This document shows positions 13,571 through 25,486 of a DNA stretch of 64,000 nt, piece after piece. Source of the DNA: Eledone cirrhosa (lineage: Eukaryota); assembly GCA_964016885.1 (NCBI GenBank), contig OZ024743.1:198524001-198588000 (forward strand), in the 5' to 3' direction. Each line of letters begins with the position of its first letter. Within the stretch, counting starts at the first letter, position 1. The translations under genes and the position numbers were made by a program. The notes beneath the pieces were generated by a model. The model was not told the DNA's origin. It did no database searches and saw nothing but the letters and a program-made list of their open reading frames with translations.

Positions 13571-13939
13571 ATATAATTGAATATAAAAGGGAGATAAACA
13601 CAGATATATACATATATGTGTTCAAATCGTAAAGGACCAGATTCGCTAGGGTGAAAAAAATACTAGCCATGAACAATTTAAAAGAATATACAAGCCGAAA
13701 TTGTGATAACTATCAAATTATACATCCAGACATTTTGGCGATGCTGCTTCGCAATTAAGTGAAAGGGAATAACCAATTCTATTGCTCGTCAGTGGATGTT
13801 GAATTAGTAAACCCTTCACTTCTAAGTATCTCGGAATACTGAATGAGGCGCGTGTTTAAAATAGTGAATCTGGTCCCTTACGATTTGAACACATATATGT
13901 ATATATCTGTGTTGATTTCTCTTTTATATTCAATTATAT
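13571..13939 (-). mobile_element. Penelope-like/retrozyme-like element with ~78-bp terminal inverted repeats and an internal hammerhead
   Basis: Inverted repeat 13571-13648 / 13862-13939 (atataattgaatataaaag...gaccagattc). Adjoins (TA)n. Confidence 0.65.
13722..13799 (-). ncRNA. Type I hammerhead ribozyme motif with one core substitution
   Basis: Minus strand: acatcca CTGACGA gcaat-(25 nt)-attgc GAAg ca-gcatcgccaaaa-t GTC tggatgt. Stem I is 7 bp, stem II is 5 bp, cleavage triplet GUC, and GAAA is changed to GAAG. Confidence 0.7.
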
Positions 13940-14629
13940 ATATATATACACATCAAATCTCCTACAAATAGACATAGGAGAGGTAGCATACTCATCTTTA
14001 TTAATGATTTGACATTCACAGTTAAAGGTGTCAGCTTCCGAAAGTATGAAGTTAACATGCGGTAGATTTAAACGTACGTATCTAAAGAAAGTGTTGGGAG
14101 GGGGCGAATATGAACGGATATCTTGTAGCAAAAATGATGATTATACTTGGGGAGTACATGCATAGATTTATAGTTAGACATTTCTCTTGGCAACTGTAGG
14201 GACGCTGGTTCGATCTCGCTGTACTGTATCTTTAGCACATATTTTACCATAAATTTAAATGACTAAACCATTTGAATGAAATTAGGTAAGTAGAAATTGT
14301 GATTGAAACTATCATAGGGGAGTCTTTGTTCTTGGGGATATACATTTGGCGCGAATTTTAACACCGATATAAGGTTCTTGGGTGCTTTTAGTGGAATTTA
14401 CACTCTTACAGCCACTAGGATAAGCATTGGTGTTTCCCTGAGTCTCCGACTCCGGGTCTGTGAGACTCACAAATGCCGCGGCGGTACCATTGAGAATCCT
14501 TAATGTTACCATCCACAGCCATGCCGTTACAGTGTTAGCCACAACCCACGCCATGCTGTTCTCAACGAGATCATAAAACATGGTCTAGATAATCGTGCAG
14601 GCTTACCTACCCAGCTTGAGCCAGCGGGG

Positions 14630-14950
14630 CTAGACTAAGAATTTGAAGAGGAGCCGTTCCAACTTGACGAGGCGCGGACGGGGGCAAGGCACGACGGTCA
14701 GGCGGTAGTAGATGACGGACGCGATGTACGCATTCGCCACCTCCGCGCGACCTTTCAGTGATAGCTTCCTCCCAGCCCATTTTTGGGTGAGACTGGCTAC
14801 TCTGCTCGTTACCTCGTCCCAATTCTTTTCCACCTGGAGGTCTGGTCCGAACCAAACCCCGAGCAACTTTACCGGTACGTCCGTCCAGCGGCCCACGACG
14901 CTGTTGGACGGCATGGGCTTGCTTCTCCAGGTTCCGAGTTGCAAGGAAAA
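14630..14950 (-). mobile_element. LINE (L1/Tx1-like) ORF2 fragment, RT C-terminal/thumb region
   Basis: Translation VKLLGVWFG...EKNWDEV...W.GRKLSLKGRAEVAN...YY resembles the K.LG / NW / W..R.LSL.GR motif series of L1/Tx1 RTs. It lies in a GC-richer island (~14,310-15,350). Confidence 0.75.
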
Positions 14951-15688
14951 GGCAAGATGGCATGACATGACAATCTGCCCGTTCCGTGAGAGTAGGTGAC
15001 TCAACTGGGATGGTACATGCTGTGACACATTCTCTAGTGGCAATCTGATGCGTTCGGCTACAAGCCCAGTCTCCGCTACACGCCAGACCAAAGAGAGCAC
15101 ACAGTCCAAGTATCATCCCCTCTTCGATAGGTTTGTGGTTGAACCGGTAGCAGTGGGAACTTCCGGCGTTTTCATCCGAGCTCACTACCACCGAGGCAGA
15201 GTTGGTAGCCCGCAGGTGCGAGCCACGCGAGTTGAAGTGGCTGTTCCAGCGCGTCTCTCTTGCCGTCCTCCAACATATTTTCCATCCTCTGGGCCAGTAC
15301 CAGAGGCGGCGGCTAAGTTAGCTGGAGGTGGAGGATACTCGTTCGGACGTCACACATATATACACACGTACTCAACCACTTGCAGATGTATTCAGTAAAC
15401 AGGTATATATAATATCAGGTTTTATATGGGAAGAAATTATTTAGCCTATATCTGAACATTTACCTATAAAGAGTCTATCAAGAGCCTTCTCATTGTGCAA
15501 CGTATCTGATTCTGAGAGTCTGTGAGTGAGAGGATATTTATCGAGAGGATATTTATCGACGTCGGAAAGATGTAAGGTATAGATAACCACATGGGGTTTC
15601 AATTTAGTATAGAGAAAGCCGAAACACATAGCTCGACTACAATACACACACACCCGCATATATATGTATATATGCATATATATATGTG

Positions 15689-15732
<44 letters not shown>

Positions 15733-15909
15733 CCACCCACATATATATATATATGTGTGTGTGTAAATATATATACATATATATTATACCCTTTATATTA
15801 ATATATAAAACGTACATGCTATCCAAAACTTGGAAGAGAAATAATCCTTAAGTGGGGGGAAAAGGTATTAAATATCCACAATAAGGGAAGCTGAGATGAC
15901 GTATATAAT

Positions 15910-16091
15910 TGTTTCTACTTTTGGCACAAGGCCATCAATTACCCAGTGCATTACTGGTACTTTATTTTATCGACCCCGTAAGGATGAAAGGCAAAGTGAA
16001 CCTCGGCGGGATTTGAACTCAGACCTTAAAGGGACGTAACTATGCTGGAAAGCATAGCGTCCGACTCTCTACCGATACTGCCAATCCACCA
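15910..16091 (-). mobile_element. tRNA-derived SINE, short form, 18-bp TSD
   Basis: TSD tgagatgacgtatataat at 15892-15909 and 16092-16109. Confidence 0.92.
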
Positions 16092-16142
16092 TGAGATGAC
16101 GTATATAATGGCATCGAAAATGTAATAAAACCTTTATTATGT

Positions 16143-16318
<176 letters not shown>

Positions 16319-17814
16319 AAGGTCAAATGAATGTTTGTGTTCACAAAAACATATACAACCATAGTAGAATCTATGCAAAATCTAACACAGAAAATAGCAT
16401 GTAAACAACATCACCTGTTATAGATGCGCAAATCTAAAATGAAAGAATCATACATACATGTATGCATGTATAGAAACCTAGCTACATGCATACATATTCG
16501 ATGTGATGTTTTGCAGTAGCACGACTTTAATAATTTGTCGTCGAATTGGGTTTGGTTTTTCAGTTAAAAAAATTCCTATTAGGCCAAAACATTTTTCTTT
16601 TCAATTACTGCTATTACGCTGGTATCGGTGTTAAAGCTTTCAGAAGCAGTAACGACAGAGAAAGAGTGTTGTTCTTTGAAAGACAATAATAAGCGAACAA
16701 CTGTGGTTACAGGTCAAACGAGTATTGTCGGTTTCCTCGATAGCAAGACAATGGGCTTTTTATGAAAACAAGCCTCACGTTTCAGCAGGACAATGCTGCT
16801 GACATTTTAAGCAAGGAGAAAGACGTTATTTTATCATCGTCCTATCTGAAGCGACAATAACAGCCAGGAATAGACAATGCTCCAGGCAAAATTAAATGTC
16901 AGCTTATTGAACGTGATGGTATTTGATGGGAGAAGAAAGGAATAAGGAAAGAAAGAAAACAGAGGAAAAAAGAAGGGAAATGGTAAAAGAACAAGAACAA
17001 GAACAATAGAACTACCGTTCAAAAGTTGCTTGTAAAATAAAGTAGTTACTGGAAAGAGATGATCCGTTGGTATTATATCCGTTGGTTTTAATGTTACACT
17101 GGACAAAACAACTATAATGTAGCTAGCTTATCAATATCGTGATCACCTTTTCTATTCTCTTTCTTTTTCTCTCATTCATTGTTTTTCTCTCTCACTATTA
17201 TTCTCTTCCTTTCTCACACCCTCTCTCTAGTGTTTCTGTAAATTTCGATATTTTAGTCGATGTCTGCTTGGCTGTGCGCATATGCGGTGGTAAATAATAC
17301 TAAGAATCGCATAATGTATTTGTAGAAGACAGCAAAGTATCAACCCCAATCCTCGATATTTTGAAACTCTGCTTCCTATTACATCGTCTCTTGCGTAATG
17401 TCACAGTTACTTCGAGGCCTACACAAATGTCAAATTGGCTCTCAAGCGGTGCTCAACTCCGTGTCCGAAATGATAGAGGTCTCGTTCCATTACTAACTCT
17501 TCAGTAGGTTGTTGTGTAATTGTTGACAATCACAGTGTAATCATGTACTCCCAGCTAGGCTATATACGGAGATTGAAGTAGTAATTAGCAACAAACCAAG
17601 CCATCAATTTTTCTTCCTTTACCCCTTACTAATCTCAGTGACCCTGTAATATTTAACATCACCCCTTTTTCTTTGACTCGAGATATAAAATAAAATCAAG
17701 ATATGTACGCCAGACAATCCAGCTTCCAACCAGTAGATCTGTTGAGTTACAATTTCAAGGACATACTATGTAACGGCCTTGACTGTAACGGCCTTGACTG
17801 TAAGCAGTTACAGT

Positions 17815-18135
17815 CAAGGTTGGATTTAGACAAAGGTGGGAGAACCGGGGCACTTCAGGATAGGGGAGCTCTTCAAAGACCCCCCCCCCCCCCCAAAAAA
17901 AAAAAGAATGCACAGCACCATTCCCTCCATTTTACATATCAAAGTTAGCTTGGCGCAAATAATTGGAATTGAAAAGTTATACATACAGGGATTAAATTAA
18001 AAATCCCTAACCAACCTAAAACTAAAAAGCCCAGCTTAGGGCACAAATAAATTGCTACGGCCGTCGCTGGTGGGGCTCCCCATTGCAGATCTCCCGGGGC
18101 AATTGCCACCTTTGCCCCCCGTAAATTCGGCCCTG
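17815..18135. mobile_element. Non-autonomous hAT-like MITE
   Basis: Imperfect 14-bp TIRs caaggttggattta / taaattcggccctg (10/14 match). 8-bp TSD gttacagt (17807-17814) / attacagt (18136-18143). GC-rich subterminal regions. Confidence 0.7.
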
Positions 18136-18419
18136 ATTACAGTTCTGGAAACTTTGACTTGTTGTCTGATGAACTTTGACGTCTAACACTACCGAGGGAG
18201 ATAATGTTACCAATTAAAGGTTATTAATGTTGTAATTAAATATCAATAAGTACAACAGAATTCTGTGAATATTCATGATGTAGTCTGCAAGAACGCGATG
18301 TTTGGAAAACATCAATAATATTCTCGATTTCCGATCAACAAATAAATGGACCCATTTATTTGTTGATCTATTACTGTGTAGTACAAGAGAAGTTACTCTC
18401 TAAACTAATATACCTCCGT

Positions 18420-18582
18420 CAGTTTTGATGAAGAGTGTTCTAGTTGTTTGATCACTGGAACAGCTAGCTCAAGAAATTAACGTGTAGGTGACTGAGAATT
18501 CCCCAGAAAGGTATATATTTAACATAATTCTCTGGGTGTTTCAGTGTATGACCAAACTGTCCTTTTGAATTGTAGGTACACT
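18420..18582. mobile_element. Diverged interspersed repeat fragment
   Basis: gttctagttgtttgatcactggaacagc...gaaattaacgtg...gtaggtaca resembles a common Octopus repeat as I recall it. Not searched. Confidence 0.4.
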
Positions 18583-18589
18583 ATATCCA

Positions 18590-18745
18590 ACTCGCTTCCA
18601 AACAGTTTCCGTCTAGCCAAGGTCACTCATAGGGTATGGGTCGAGCCGAGACTATAGTAAATGACAATTACCCAAGATGTCACTCAGTGTGATCAAACTC
18701 GGAACCTAATTATTGCGAAGCAAACTCCTTAACCATTCGGCCATT
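18590..18745 (-). mobile_element. Second tRNA-derived SINE family, 5' part (diverged)
   Basis: Minus strand: tggccgaatggttaagg (A-box-like)...gagtttgatc (decayed B box)...cttgggtaa...tagacggaaactg. Confidence 0.6.
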
Positions 18746-18910
18746 CTACGTCTACAACGGTTTCAAGTACACCACAATTGTATGTTTAACGTTATATATT
18801 ACTAGTTGACTAATACAGCAGGATAACCTGGTTGGTGTGGCAGTTTAGCCAACAACACAGACGTATAACAGGTTGTACTGAATGACATGTAAGAACATTC
18901 AGATCTAACA

Positions 18911-18913
<3 letters not shown>

Positions 18914-18981
<68 letters not shown>

Positions 18982-19028
18982 GCACACGCACACGCACACA
19001 CACACACATACACACACACACACACACA
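18914..19028. repeat. (CA)n microsatellite
   Basis: Direct reading. Confidence 0.95.
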
Positions 19029-19044
19029 TGGTCCCATATATTAA

Positions 19045-19260
19045 TTTATACTTTAGACACAAAGCCAGAAAATTTGGTGGATGAGCAAGATTGATTAAAT
19101 CATCTGCAGCACTTGACTGGTAGCTTATATTGTCGACCTGAAATAATGGAAGGTAAAGCTGGCCTCAGTGAGATTAGAACTTAGTACGTAAAGAGTCGTA
19201 ACTAAATGCTACAAAGCATTTTTTCCAATGCTCTAACAACTCCGCTAATTAACCGCCCTT
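19045..19260 (-). mobile_element. Diverged SINE, long form
   Basis: agacacaaagccag...gattaaatc...actggta...gtcgacc...gaaggtaaag...cgtaaagagtcgtaact...ccgccctt is collinear with 861-1074. Confidence 0.75.
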
Positions 19261-19557
19261 ATATGCTCATAAATTAAAGTACGAGACACTATCTTTAGAT
19301 CCATAGTTAGAATTACGTAAAATCACGTCAGTACAAATCCATAAGTATATTTGTTTTATCAAGAAATGATACGAGATTAAATATGTTTCATAGGTTTCTG
19401 AAAGATGTTAATGTCTTGGAGTAAAAGACGTAAGCCTACTCCAGATGTGAATTGAAGCCACATCTGGCATTCATATAGAAATGAACATATCACTGCTGTA
19501 TCAAACTAGAAAGTAGAACGGTGTGAAGTCAATTTCACCGATGAGACATATCCACTG

Positions 19558-19591
19558 TTGCTGCTACTAACATTACTACTGCTGCTGCTGT

Positions 19592-19624
<33 letters not shown>

Positions 19625-19625
19625 C

Positions 19626-19676
<51 letters not shown>

Positions 19677-19706
19677 GTTGTTGCTGCTGCTGTTGTTGTT
19701 GCTGTT
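19558..19706. repeat. (CTA/CTG/TTG)n trinucleotide microsatellite
   Basis: Explains the poly-Leu ORF at 19558. Confidence 0.9.
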
Positions 19707-21189
19707 AAGGTGGTTTATCTCACTACAGTTGTATATATATGTTATGTATGGTGTCGGAAAATTAATACTGATGAGCCTTCAATCATAAACCAATCAGGTA
19801 TCATACCTTACAAGATCCTTCTGTAGACAGCAGCGGGCAAAGATTTTTCTTAAAATGGATATTGTATGGTTGCTGTGGGGCCTTCTTAGCGCTTGGGCCC
19901 CGAAACAAGGTACTGGCTGGACACACTCTCTCCCCCTCATATGCCCTGACCATGTATGGCCACCCCACCTGAAGAGGGCTATGATTAAATAGCAACCTTT
20001 CTAAAGTCAGTGGCGAAAATGAGAAATAATAAGGAAGGTAAATAAATAGATGAAAAGTTTATTACATGAATTGTGATATAAGTAAATAGATGAGATTTTG
20101 TATTGGAACATCTCATCCCAAATATTTTCAAACTGCATATGTTCGGCCATTCATTGAGATAATAGTGAAAGCGGATCTAACATTTCGCACAATATGTGCC
20201 AATTGTTAAATTGTGGGATGAAAGCTGTATAAAAGCCATCGAATATGAAGCGATATATGTATTTACAAGAATATATATATGCATGTGTTTATATAAATTT
20301 ATATGAAAATATCGATGCGCGCTTGTGTATACGTAACATAGGTCAGATACTATACATATGTGTATGTATATACGTGGCAATGGTAGAAAAAAAAGAAAAG
20401 ATTGAGCACAGAAAAAATAGAACATTAAGCAAAAATATAAATAATAGAATTAATGAAAGAATAATAAATAAAGGAGAGCAGTGGATAAAAGAGGAAAATC
20501 TAAGACGTTAGAAAAGATTCAAAAAAGTCAAATGGCTGAAGGCAAACCGAACATCAAGTAAAGTTCGTGATACAAGCACGACCTTGCTTTTTATGTAACC
20601 ACTATACAAGACAAACGTTAAAAATTCTTTCTTTATTTTTTCTTCCTTATTTTATCCTCTGCACATTTTTGTCACAATGTGTTTTGTGATATTTTACAAA
20701 GTACCCCAATACGTAAGAGTGGTTAGAAAATTGTCATTTCCGCTGGTTCAATTTCTTTACCTCTGTCAGCTGATAACAATATATATAAAAAGATCGGGAT
20801 GAGGGTGGAGTGAGAGTGAAAATAATACGATAAAAGAAATGAAGAAAATATAAAGGAAGAAAAAATACTATCCTCAGGTGATTCTATTAAAAAAGAAAAC
20901 AAAACAAATGAACGACGAAAAAAAAAACAAAACATCTTAATAATGAGAAGAAAAAAACACAATGGACATGTCAAAGAAAACTAACGAAACGAAAATACAT
21001 GAACAAAAACTACGAGGTAAAGACATAACAAAGAAAAATATGAGACAACAAAAAGGCAACGAAACGAAACATTAAAATGCAAAATGAAAGAGTAAAATGC
21101 AAAGGTAAATAACGAAGGGAAAAAATGAAAAAAATAGAGAGCGGTGGGTAGAGGTAGAGAAAGAAGAATCTAGAAAGGGAACAGGGGAA

Positions 21190-21193
<4 letters not shown>

Positions 21194-21273
<80 letters not shown>

Positions 21274-21292
21274 TGTGTGAAAGAGAGAGAGA
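21194..21292. repeat. (GA)n microsatellite
   Basis: Direct reading. Confidence 0.95.
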
Positions 21293-22509
21293 GGGGATAA
21301 TAAAGTGATCAGCGAACAAAGAGCGGAAAATAAGAGTAAATCAAAAGGGACTTTGCAAAGTGTTTTGAAGCTGTTAACAATGAACTCCAGACAATATGCT
21401 ATCTTCGATGGCTGTCATCTTGGTATTTGCTTATTTCCTGCGGCTTACCAACACGAACAACACAATAGAATTCTTAACTAAATAGCTGCAAACACATATT
21501 TTCTATTCAATGTCCAGTAGAATGTGGAATAAAAACAAACAACAAATAAATAAAAGCATTACAAATGAAATTTTAGAAGCATTTTTTTCATTTTTTGTTT
21601 TTACTATTGTGTATCATAATATAATAATTCTTTTTTTATATTTTGTTTCTTCAATTCGTTAGAAATAGTGTAGAAAATAACAGATGTGATATTTTCGGTC
21701 TTGAAACGTCGGAGCAATTAAATCTAGGTCATATGAAAACTTGGATTAACTTTCAAAACAGGATAGCACTTGATCGAAACATTACTTGGTGATGATAAGC
21801 CAGACACCAGCTGCTTTATATCGATAAAAAAGAAGGAAAAAAAGCAGGCATTTTTTCTTTTGTCAAAACTATAAGACACGAAGTAGGAATCATAAGTAGG
21901 TATAACTAACTAAACTAAGGAGTGTGCAACAGATTGTAACTGTAACCCACAAGCATGCGCTCATACAAAAACACACAAGCACGCGTAAACACACGTGGGT
22001 GCTTACACATAGACATTTACGTATGCACACACATACACACACACACTCACACGTATATATATACATATAAATATATACTAATGGAATACCTGGCATTTCT
22101 CAGGTTGAAAGGATGGTAGAAATGGATCAAAGCCCTACAGATAAGCGCTCAATATGAATAGAATATTTTATAATGTCATACAGCTTGTTCATTTATAATA
22201 AACTGAAACATATGATTAGGTGAAACTGAAAGAAGCTTCAATTCATTTGAATGTTTCGTTGAAAATCAATCTTTTTTTTTGTGGTGGAGGGATTACTTAA
22301 TCAGGGAATGTAGGTAGGGGCGTACAGATGACATTTTTTATTGCTGGAAAGAGATATCCTCAAAGGGGAGAAACTTTCCTAATGCATGGAATAGATTGGA
22401 ATATAATAAGGGCAACCTGATGGTTTAGGTCCACCATCCATGAAGGCCTTAACTTGATTTGAATTAAGAACAGAAAGAACCGGACCCCCCCAACACTAAT
22501 AATTCCGAG

Positions 22510-22650
22510 GATCGATCATTCTGCACTGGTATTTTGTTTTATGGACACCGCAGTACAAAAACCACATTTGCCCTCGTCAGTATTTGTACTTAGAGGACAC
22601 AGTCAATTCACATACCTCAAAGCGTTTTGTCCAATATGCTAATGGCTTTC
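22510..22650 (-). mobile_element. Highly decayed SINE copy
   Basis: atcgatc...actggtattttgttttatggacacc...cctcgtcagtatttgtacttag...aagcgttttgtcc loosely follows the SINE order. Confidence 0.4.
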
Positions 22651-23299
22651 AATTAGACACATACCAGTGCCACATGAAAAGGAATAGAAAGGGGGTATTC
22701 ACCCATGGAAATAAAATCATTCCCATAACGTATGGAATCTAGTGAACACAGAATCAACCAACGTATTCAGATACTGGAAAAATGTTAGCGATATTCAAGG
22801 AAATATTTGAAATTTGGTTTTAATCCTTCGAAGTCTATATATTTTTTTTAGGTGAAACATTTGGAAATGATGCAATGAAGCCTTAGAAAGTGAAGGACTT
22901 CCTTGGGATGATGCATAGAGATAATTAAAAAAATATTTTCAATTTTTAAGACTTCGAAAGAAAGCATTGGAAAATGTTTTCCTGAAATGACGATTTTATG
23001 CTTACTGGTGAAATGAAGCCCTCTTACAATATATCCTTTTATTAACAAAAAATAATTACAGTATGTTATTGTGCCAACTGTAAAGGAAGTCCAGAAAGCT
23101 CTGATGAAGAAAAAACTCTGAAATATTCTTAACGTTAATACTCTGAATAACAATATAGGAAAATGCCATATTTCTGCATAATATATTAAGAACACGAGAA
23201 ATTCAAATCCTCAATACTATAGAAATGTTTTATCCAGCTGGACGAGCCAATGTCTAACGCCTCCAATATACACGCACACACGCACATTGCACCCCGCCA

Positions 23300-23396
23300 C
23301 ATATATATATATATGTGTGTGTATATGTTTGTGTGTGTGTGTGCGCGCGCGTCTGTGTGTGTGTATGTGCGTGTGCGTGCGTGTATGTGCGTGTGC

Positions 23397-23443
<47 letters not shown>

Positions 23444-23470
23444 CGCGCGTGTGTGTGTGTGTGTGTGTGT
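23300..23470. repeat. Mixed (TA)/(GT)/(GC) microsatellite
   Basis: Direct reading. Confidence 0.9.
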
Positions 23471-23949
23471 AAGATTTTGACCAACTGGGCTGCAAATACA
23501 ATACTCCAATCAGTAAACTATGATGCAATTAGATTCAAACACTCAACGAAATGTGTATCTTTCTAAATAATATTTGGTAGTCCATTGTCGAGTATGTATA
23601 TCCGATAATAATAATTACAAGGGCCAGATGTATAAATGCATACTTTATGTGTGCATAACCCTATTGAATTAAATCCAAATCATCGTTTTACGTGGGTATA
23701 TGACTGAACAATAACGATACTCACTGGTCGAAGATTCACTCCTTTTAACTTCTGCCTTATAAAACCATGTTATGGATTTAATTACGATAAGCAACTTACA
23801 TTTATTATAAAGCTTTCACTGATATTTTCGATACAGAAACATTGAGAAAAGTAAAGATTCGAAACTGCAACATTATCGGCTAAGCAATAAATTGATGTAA
23901 TATTTCCTCACCTGCAATCAACAGTATTGTAGCTCTCCTTTCACTCTCT

Positions 23950-24175
23950 ATTGAGAACAAAGAGCCTTTGTACTGTCAATCAAGAAAGTGGCCAGTAGAA
24001 GGGTTTATTAGCCAGAAAGAATGGCTGGCCTTTCCAGTTGAATACCTTAACAAGAGACGTCGTTCATGTTTAACTAATCAACTGTCTGAACGGAACAATT
24101 GATTGTGGCTGTCTTTTAATTACTTGGCGACATCAAACGGTGTTGCCTTGGTAATTAATGTCACATTAATTTCAA
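23950..24175. promoter_or_regulatory. Candidate enhancer (Sox dimer site, Pbx-Meis site, TAAT cluster)
   Basis: acaaag-agc-ctttgt at 23957-23971; ctgtcaatca (= TGATTGACAG) at 23973-23982; several TAATTA/TAAT cores downstream. Motif match only. Confidence 0.3.
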
Positions 24176-25343
24176 AATCTCACCAAATTGTTAAAACCAA
24201 CTGTTATTTCTTAGAACTTAATGTAAAGAAAAGCTATTGCCATTTACTACGTTATACAGGTTCCTCATAACAATGATTCATTTATATTAAGTTTACTTTG
24301 AGAGGGTGACTGTTAGAATTCCCTCAAGTAGACAGTGGTGTAAGTGGTTTGATCATGCTCGAATCGTTCTCGATAGTTTGAACTCAACTTTATAAGCTAC
24401 CCGAACTCTTGTTAATTGTGCAGTGTTCTCCCCTATTTTTATAGTAGTAAAAAGTGTGCCTATCTCATCGTACTCATTTACATTTAAACGAAATAGGTCA
24501 AGGAAAGTTAAGTGTTTTGACCCCTAACACAGTACAGCACTGGTAATAATATACAAACAATCGCCAAACAATCGCCATTCTATAGAATTGTTTATGTGAA
24601 ACGCCTTTTAAGAAGGATAACTATAAAATAGTAATTCTACGCTAGAATGTAGAATCGACTTCTTTAGAAACATATCATTTCGTATATTGATAGGAACGAA
24701 TCCTGCATGGTTTAATGGATAGTATAGGGGAAGTCGTGTCTTTCATGTCTTCCGAAAATGCACTCGTTCTGTAGAAAGTAAATGAAATTTCTTGAAACGG
24801 AGGTTTGACTTTAAAATTTGGTGACACATTTGAAATTTTGGTCTCCACAATCCCTTTTACTAATCCCTAAATATAACAGATATAAAACTACCCCAGACAT
24901 GAAACTAACAACCTATAGGAAAATGAAATATAACTAAATGTATGACATTCTCTGTAACATTAACATCCTAAATAAATTAAATTGATTTGAACATGTAATT
25001 ATATGTGGGATGGTGAATCTGCTGCACGTGAGATATTTTTTATTATAGCATCATGAGGATCAACATTTTCTTTTAATTAGTAGATTTCTTTTGACTATAA
25101 AGTCTAGCTTCAAAGGAGAGTAGAGTGGGACTGTTTCTCCATTGGTCATTAGCTGCATACCTGAAATAATATAGCATGACCTGGGCATTGAGAACGTATC
25201 TCGGATTTGGTAGCTCTAGCGATTATCCTTTGTTTTTCAAAGCACTCCATTGCATAAAAATAATAAGTTAATTAATAGCATATATTTTACAGATTAGAAT
25301 TAAACCCATAATTAAACAACAGAAAAAGGAAAAAACAAATAAT

Positions 25344-25486
25344 TGTTTCTACTTTAGGCACAAGGCCAGCAATTAGCCAGTGCATTACTGGTACTTTATT
25401 TTATCGACCCCGTAAGGATGAAAGGCAAAGTCAACCTCGGCGGGATTTGAACTCAGATCGTAAAGGGACGTAACTATGCTGGAAAG
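25344..25486 (-). mobile_element. 5'-truncated SINE, short form, 8-bp TSD
   Basis: TSD caaataat at 25336-25343 and 25487-25494. Nearly identical to 1095-1240 and 15910-16053. Confidence 0.9.

Noticed and set aside
16780-16797. FQQDNA peptide resembling a Tc1 DDE motif
   Set aside because: No following His or W-P-SPDL motif, no ORF and no TIRs.
19768-19850. CTGATGAgcc hammerhead start (similar partial strings near 3440-3480, 6600, 13155, 18167)
   Set aside because: No correctly placed stem II-GAAA-UH and stem I.
23096-23135. CTGATGA-aga/tct-GAAA hammerhead-like string
   Set aside because: Only a 3-bp stem II and no stem I pairing.
25060-25175. Possible minus-strand terminal exon after attatttcag
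   Set aside because: Weak acceptor, about 30 codons with no recognisable similarity, and no partner exons.
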